NCBI GenBank assembly: GCA_038889235.1
Contig: JAWAHN010000001.1
Location: 794,499-826,498 of the forward strand
DNA from: Candidatus Jordarchaeales archaeon
Lineage (GTDB): Archaea; Asgardarchaeota; Jordiarchaeia; Jordiarchaeales; Freyrarchaeaceae
Direction of reading: 5' to 3'
DNA: 32,000 nt
Position 1 is the first letter of the stretch; each line of letters opens with the position of its first letter. A program made the translations under genes and the position numbers. Below, piece after piece: positions 27,709 through 32,000 of the stretch. Under the pieces are notes generated by a model, which had not been told where the DNA came from, did not search any database, and was given only the letters and a program-made list of their open reading frames with translations.

Positions 27709-28350
27709 ATGTCAGCAAAAGCCCACTTTATCCGCAGCGCTATACAAAAAGTTGAGATTGACGAGTTCCTCTCAAAAGAGCTAAAGAAGGCGGGCTATGC
27801 GGGTGTAGAGCTCCAAAAGACAGCGCTAGGAACCAACGTGATTATTTACGCTTCCAAACCTGGGCTGGTAATTGGAAAAAGGGGTAGAAACATACAGCAA
27901 CTAACAGAGATACTAGAAAAGAGGTTTAAGGTAGAGAACCCACAGATAAGTGTTCAAGAAGTAGAGAACCCGGAGCTAAACGCACGTGTGATGGCTAACC
28001 GGCTCGCAATAGAGCTGGAGAAGGGGACAAATTACCGTAGAGCAAGCTACTTCATTTTGAAGAGGATAATGAGCGCTGGTGCACTCGGATGCGAAATTAC
28101 AGTTAGCGGAAAGTTGACGAGTCAGCGTGCCAAATACCGCAAATTTAAGCAAGGGACTCTCGTAAAATGCGGTGAGCCAGCCCAGCTGTTCGTTGACAGA
28201 GCAGTAGCCTATGCACTACTTAAACCGGGAGTTATGGGAGTAGAAGTGAAGATAATGCTGCCAAACGCCGTGCTTCCAGACAATGTGGAGTTCAAAAAAG
28301 CAGAAAAAGCTGAGGAAGTGAAAACTGGGGAAGTGAAAGAGGAAGGGTAG
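27709..28350 (+). CDS. rps3: 30S ribosomal protein S3 (uS3)
   Basis: KH domain KPGLVIGKRG, ENPELNARV, SGKL; operon position. Confidence 0.97.
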   Translation: MSAKAHFIRSAIQKVEIDEFLSKELKKAGYAGVELQKTALGTNVIIYASKPGLVIGKRGRNIQQLTEILEKRFKVENPQISVQEVENPELNARVMANRLAIELEKGTNYRRASYFILKRIMSAGALGCEITVSGKLTSQRAKYRKFKQGTLVKCGEPAQLFVDRAVAYALLKPGVMGVEVKIMLPNAVLPDNVEFKKAEKAEEVKTGEVKEEG

Positions 28351-28360
28351 GAGGGGTAGC

Positions 28361-28600
28361 ATGAGCTACAAGATTAAAGAAATAAGGTCTTGGAGCGACG
28401 AAGAGTTAAAGAAAAAACTTGATGAGTTGAGGGCGGAGCAGCTAAACCTACGCATGATAAAGTTGCTCGGTGGATCAATCGAAAACCCTGCAAGGATAAG
28501 AAATATTAGGAGAACTATTGCAAGGATCTTGACTGTCATTAACGAAAGGAAGAGGAAGGCGGAAGTTGAGCAGAAGGAAGGTGAGCAGAAAGAAAAGTAG
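28361..28600 (+). CDS. rpl29: 50S ribosomal protein L29 (uL29)
   Basis: ENPARIRNIRRTIARILT; operon position. Confidence 0.95.
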   Translation: MSYKIKEIRSWSDEELKKKLDELRAEQLNLRMIKLLGGSIENPARIRNIRRTIARILTVINERKRKAEVEQKEGEQKEK

Positions 28601-28958
28601 TGTAACTGCAGCAAACTTGATTAGGCATGAACTCATAGGTTTAAAAGTGAAGGTTGCGGAAAGTTTAAACAACAATCTTGTGGGGTTAACTGGGACTATA
28701 GTTGATGAAACGCGTAACACAATAAAGTTAAGATGCGAATCTGGTGAAAAAATTATTCCAAAAGAAGTTTGTATCTTCATGTTCGAGCTGCCTAATGGTA
28801 ATAAAATAGAAGTTGATGGACGATTACTAAACGGACGGCCAGAGGAAAGAATAAAAATGAAAAAACGGAAAATTGTCTGGCCGCTTACTGTTGAGAGACA
28901 ACTTAAAAAGGTAAGGTTTAACCCTGCGATGTTCGAGGTGTTGCCGCTTGACGCGTAA
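28581..28958 (+). CDS. rnp1: Ribonuclease P protein Rpp29/POP4
   Basis: [35 protein letters not shown]. Probable GTG start at 28581. Confidence 0.92.
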   Translation: MSRKKSSVTAANLIRHELIGLKVKVAESLNNNLVGLTGTIVDETRNTIKLRCESGEKIIPKEVCIFMFELPNGNKIEVDGRLLNGRPEERIKMKKRKIVWPLTVERQLKKVRFNPAMFEVLPLDA

Positions 28959-29283
28959 CATAGGTGTTGACGTTAAACCGCCACGACAAAGCTGCAATGA
29001 TCCGTACTGCCCGTTCCATGGAAAGATTTCAGTGAGAGGCATGATGTTTGAAGGCGAGGTTGTAAGCGACAAAATGCAGAGGACAGTAACCGTTGAGAGA
29101 GAATATTTGAAGTACAACTCGAAATATAAACGCTATGAAAGGAGAAGGTCTAAAATTCACGCGCATAACCCACCATGTATAGATGCTAAAAAAGGGGATA
29201 AAGTTAAAATTATGGAGTGTCGTCCCTTAAGTAAAACAGTCTCATTTGTGGTTATAGAGAAAATCTCAGAAAAAGGCGATTAA
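28948..29283 (+). CDS. rps17: 30S ribosomal protein S17 (uS17)
   Basis: [24 protein letters not shown]; GAGGTG RBS with TTG start. Confidence 0.97.
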   Translation: MTRNIGVDVKPPRQSCNDPYCPFHGKISVRGMMFEGEVVSDKMQRTVTVEREYLKYNSKYKRYERRRSKIHAHNPPCIDAKKGDKVKIMECRPLSKTVSFVVIEKISEKGD

Positions 29284-29298
29284 AGGGGGTAACCTGGA

Positions 29299-29724
29299 AT
29301 GTCGAAGCGCGGTGCTGCCAAGGTACGTGTTGGAATTAAGCCTAAAGTCTCTCGTGGTTTGCCTAATGGTGCAAGGGTTCTATGTGCTGATAACTCTGGT
29401 GCTAAAGTAGTTCAGATAATATCTGTGATAGGCTACAAAGGGCGTCTAAACAGGTATCCTTCTGCAGGTGTTGGGGACATGGTATCCGTGGCGGTGAAGG
29501 ACGGAACACCTGAAATGAGAAAACAGGTTCTAAGAGCGATTGTAATTAGGCAAAGAAAGCCGTACAGGAGGAGAAGTGGTGAGTGGATACAGTTTGAAGA
29601 CAATGCAGTAGTTATAGTGTCTCCAGAAGGAGATCCAAAAGGAACAGAGATACACGGACCAGTAGCGCGGGAAGCGGCGGAAAGATGGCCTAAACTGGCA
29701 GGTATAGCTAGGATAATAGTTTAG
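29299..29724 (+). CDS. rpl14: 50S ribosomal protein L14 (uL14)
   Basis: [29 protein letters not shown]. Confidence 0.98.
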   Translation: MSKRGAAKVRVGIKPKVSRGLPNGARVLCADNSGAKVVQIISVIGYKGRLNRYPSAGVGDMVSVAVKDGTPEMRKQVLRAIVIRQRKPYRRRSGEWIQFEDNAVVIVSPEGDPKGTEIHGPVAREAAERWPKLAGIARIIV

Positions 29725-29738
29725 ATAGGTGATTAGAC

Positions 29739-30113
29739 ATGAAGAAGACTATAAGTCCTAGAAAGCAAAGGAAAGCATTGTATAATGCACCCTTACACGT
29801 AAGGCACAAAATGTTTGGCGCGAGATTGTCCCCAGAGCTTAGGGAAAAATATGGGGTCAAAACTCTGCCGGTACGTGAAGGAGACGAAGTGTTAGTGATG
29901 CGAGGAACGTTTAAGGGAACTGAAGGAAAAGTTGTAGAAGTTGACAGGAAAAAATATAGAATCTATGTGGAAAATGTGACTATAGAAAAGGCGGATGGAA
30001 CGGTAGTTTATTATCCAATCCACCCCTCGAAAGTTATGATAACCAAGCTTAAACTTGACGATGAGCGAAGGAAGAAAATTATAGAGAGAAAAAGAGCGGT
30101 CTTGGAGGCGTAG
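29739..30113 (+). CDS. rpl24: 50S ribosomal protein L24 (uL24)
   Basis: [25 protein letters not shown]. Confidence 0.97.
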   Translation: MKKTISPRKQRKALYNAPLHVRHKMFGARLSPELREKYGVKTLPVREGDEVLVMRGTFKGTEGKVVEVDRKKYRIYVENVTIEKADGTVVYYPIHPSKVMITKLKLDDERRKKIIERKRAVLEA

Positions 30114-30119
30114 TCGAAA

Positions 30120-30893
30120 ATGGGTAAGATGGGGCAAAGTAGGCATCTTAAACGGATGGCTGCTCCAGGAAGCTGGCGCATTCCCCGAAAAGGGACAACA
30201 TGGGTGGTTAAACCCAGTCCAGGGCCGCATCCTATTGAAGATTCGATCCCATTACTAATCCTAGTGCGCGACCTATTGAAGATAGCGGATAACATGAGGG
30301 AGGCAAAGAAAATCATAAAGAGTGGACACATTAAGGTGGATGGAGTTGTCAGAAAAGACCACAAGTTTCCTGTTGGCTTAATGGATGTTGTAGAAATCCC
30401 CTTAATAGATAAGGCATATAGGGTGCTTCCTTCGAAAAAGTGGTTCACATTAGTTCAAATAGATGCTAGAGAGGCAGAATTCAAGCTTTGTCAAATAAGG
30501 AATATAATAACAGTCAAGGGTGGAAACATACAGTTAGCGCTACATGATGGTAGGAACATATTGCTGCCTGTAGAGAACCCCAAAATTTCGCCTCACGAAG
30601 TTTACCCTTACAACACAAGAGATACGATAAAAATACTATTAGAAAACCAGGAAATAGTTGATCATGTGCCCTTTAAGGAAGGGGCGTACTCTTTGATAGT
30701 TGGAGGAAAAATGAGGGGCGGGCAAGGGGAAATAGTCGAAATAAGGAGGAGAATTGGTCGAAGAGCAAGCACAGCGATTGTCAAGTGTGATGGTAATTTT
30801 GTTGAGACGCTATTAGACTACGTGTTCCCAGTGGGTTTAACACAGCCTCTAATTAAATTGCCAGGCGTGGAGGAATCAACATGGAGCAGTTAA
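30120..30893 (+). CDS. rps4e: 30S ribosomal protein S4e
   Basis: HLKRMAAP, PSPGPH, FPVGLMDV, LHDGRN. Confidence 0.97.
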   Translation: MGKMGQSRHLKRMAAPGSWRIPRKGTTWVVKPSPGPHPIEDSIPLLILVRDLLKIADNMREAKKIIKSGHIKVDGVVRKDHKFPVGLMDVVEIPLIDKAYRVLPSKKWFTLVQIDAREAEFKLCQIRNIITVKGGNIQLALHDGRNILLPVENPKISPHEVYPYNTRDTIKILLENQEIVDHVPFKEGAYSLIVGGKMRGGQGEIVEIRRRIGRRASTAIVKCDGNFVETLLDYVFPVGLTQPLIKLPGVEESTWSS

Positions 30894-31447
30894 ACGAAGA
30901 AGCCATAGAGGAAAAGTGGAAGAAAAACCCCATGTACAAACCTTACATAGCAAAGGTTGTAGTAAACATAGGTGTTGGAACAAGTGGCGAAAAACTTGTA
31001 AAAGCCATGAAGGTGTTAGAAAATCTAACAGGGCAGAAGCCGGTCGAGTGCAGAGCTAAGAAAACTATAAGGGAATTTGGAATTAGAAGGCGTGAACCCA
31101 TAGGATGTAAAGTAACTCTTAGAAAAGAAGCGGCAAGAATTTTCCTAGAAAAAGTGTTAGATGCCGTGGACAGAACGATAAACCCAGATTCATTTGATAA
31201 ATATGGCAATGTGTCGTTCGGTATACGCGAGCACATAGACATACCGGGAACAAAGTACGACCCTGAGCTTGGAGTTTTCGGCATGGATGTATGCATTTCG
31301 TTTGAAAGACCAGGGTACCGTGTTAGTAGGAGAAAGAGAAAGAAAGCGAAAATTCCGTTGAGACAAAGGGTTACTAAAGAAGAAGCTATGTTAATACTAA
31401 AAAAGGAATTTAATGTTAAGTTTGGAGAAAGAGCTAAGAAGTGGTGA
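30881..31447 (+). CDS. rpl5: 50S ribosomal protein L5 (uL5)
   Basis: VVVNIGVG, FGIRRREPIG, SFDKYGN, YDPELGVFGMD. Confidence 0.97.
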   Translation: MEQLNEEAIEEKWKKNPMYKPYIAKVVVNIGVGTSGEKLVKAMKVLENLTGQKPVECRAKKTIREFGIRRREPIGCKVTLRKEAARIFLEKVLDAVDRTINPDSFDKYGNVSFGIREHIDIPGTKYDPELGVFGMDVCISFERPGYRVSRRKRKKAKIPLRQRVTKEEAMLILKKEFNVKFGERAKKW

Positions 31448-31462
31448 AGGGGGGGTTCAAAC

Positions 31463-31609
31463 GTGGGAACAAGGAAGTTTGGTAAGGGAAGCCGCGTATG
31501 TCGTAATTGTGGAACCCATAGAGGAATAATTAGACGCTACGGATTAATGATCTGCCGCAGGTGCTTTAGAGAGAAAGCGGCGAAGATGGGGTTCAAAAAG
31601 TATAACTAG
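31463..31609 (+). CDS. rps14: 30S ribosomal protein S14 (uS14, Zn type); absent from the ORF track (48 aa)
   Basis: Hand translation [48 protein letters not shown]; CxxC...CxxC; lies between L5 and S8. Confidence 0.95.
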   Translation: MGTRKFGKGSRVCRNCGTHRGIIRRYGLMICRRCFREKAAKMGFKKYN

Positions 31610-31620
31610 GAGGGAAATTT

Positions 31621-32000
31621 ATGTTATTAGACCCACTAGCGGATGCATTATCGAACATTATGAACAATGAAAGAGTAGGCAAGAAAGAAGTAATAATCAG
31701 GATAGCATCGAAGCTTGTTGGCAACGTGTTACGCGTTATGCAAAAATATGGATATATAGGTGAATTTGAGCACATAGATGATGGAAGAGCGGGAAAGTTT
31801 AGAGTGCAACTCTTAGGGAGAATAAACAAGTGTGGTGTCATTAAACCAAGATTCCCGGTAAAACTCAAAGAAATCGACCTGGCGGAAAGAAGATACCTTC
31901 CAGGGCAGGGTATAGGAATTTTGATATTAACGACTTCTCAAGGAGTAATGTCGCACTATGAAGCAAAAGAAAAGGGAATCGGTGGGCGGCTTCTAGCCTA
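31621..32000 (+). CDS. rps8: 30S ribosomal protein S8 (uS8), 3' end outside the window
   Basis: [13 protein letters not shown]...[11 protein letters not shown]...[13 protein letters not shown]...TTSQGVMSH...GGRLLAY. Confidence 0.96.
   Translation, partial: MLLDPLADALSNIMNNERVGKKEVIIRIASKLVGNVLRVMQKYGYIGEFEHIDDGRAGKFRVQLLGRINKCGVIKPRFPVKLKEIDLAERRYLPGQGIGILILTTSQGVMSHYEAKEKGIGGRLLA

Noticed and set aside
712-31868. Many antisense and overlapping ORFs in the track (e.g. 717-1091, 1367-1936, 17516-18190, 25331-25849, 30011-30448)
   Set aside because: Shadow ORFs opposite well-supported genes, with no recognisable motifs.
1-32000. CRISPR arrays, transposases, integrases, rRNA, C/D-box sRNAs
   Set aside because: No repeat-spacer periodicity, mobile-element ORFs, rRNA-like stretches or paired C/D boxes in intergenic DNA were seen.

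Overview
Gene-dense archaeal chromosome segment. A TACK/Asgard-like lineage is inferred from the mix of an archaeal histone, CdrS-FtsZ, a Roadblock protein and a divergent PurF paralog. Contents: purF-purD-purE, an FAD oxidoreductase, histone, SPFH protein, FEN1, Pcm, Trm5, tRNA-Lys(CUU), aIF5B (infB), HypB, SAMP plus a tRNA methylthiotransferase, cdrS-ftsZ, CooC, MptE/MptD, RadA, UbiA and a ribosomal operon from L22 to S8 (cut off at the window end). Main discovery: two conserved protein genes, pcm and the normally essential infB, are each interrupted inside a conserved motif by a short hairpin insertion (31 and 29 nt) carrying an in-frame stop. Both insertions fold into bulge-helix-bulge (BHB)-type motifs. 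Cutting after the second nucleotide of each 3-nt bulge, the rule for the archaeal tRNA splicing endonuclease, restores the exact reading frame and motif (QTISAP-HM; GHIDHGK-TSLLD). The tRNA-Lys between them has two non-canonical BHB introns. This points to tRNA-endonuclease-type splicing of mRNAs beyond the classic cbf5 case. All structures were folded by hand; no searches or RNA data were available.
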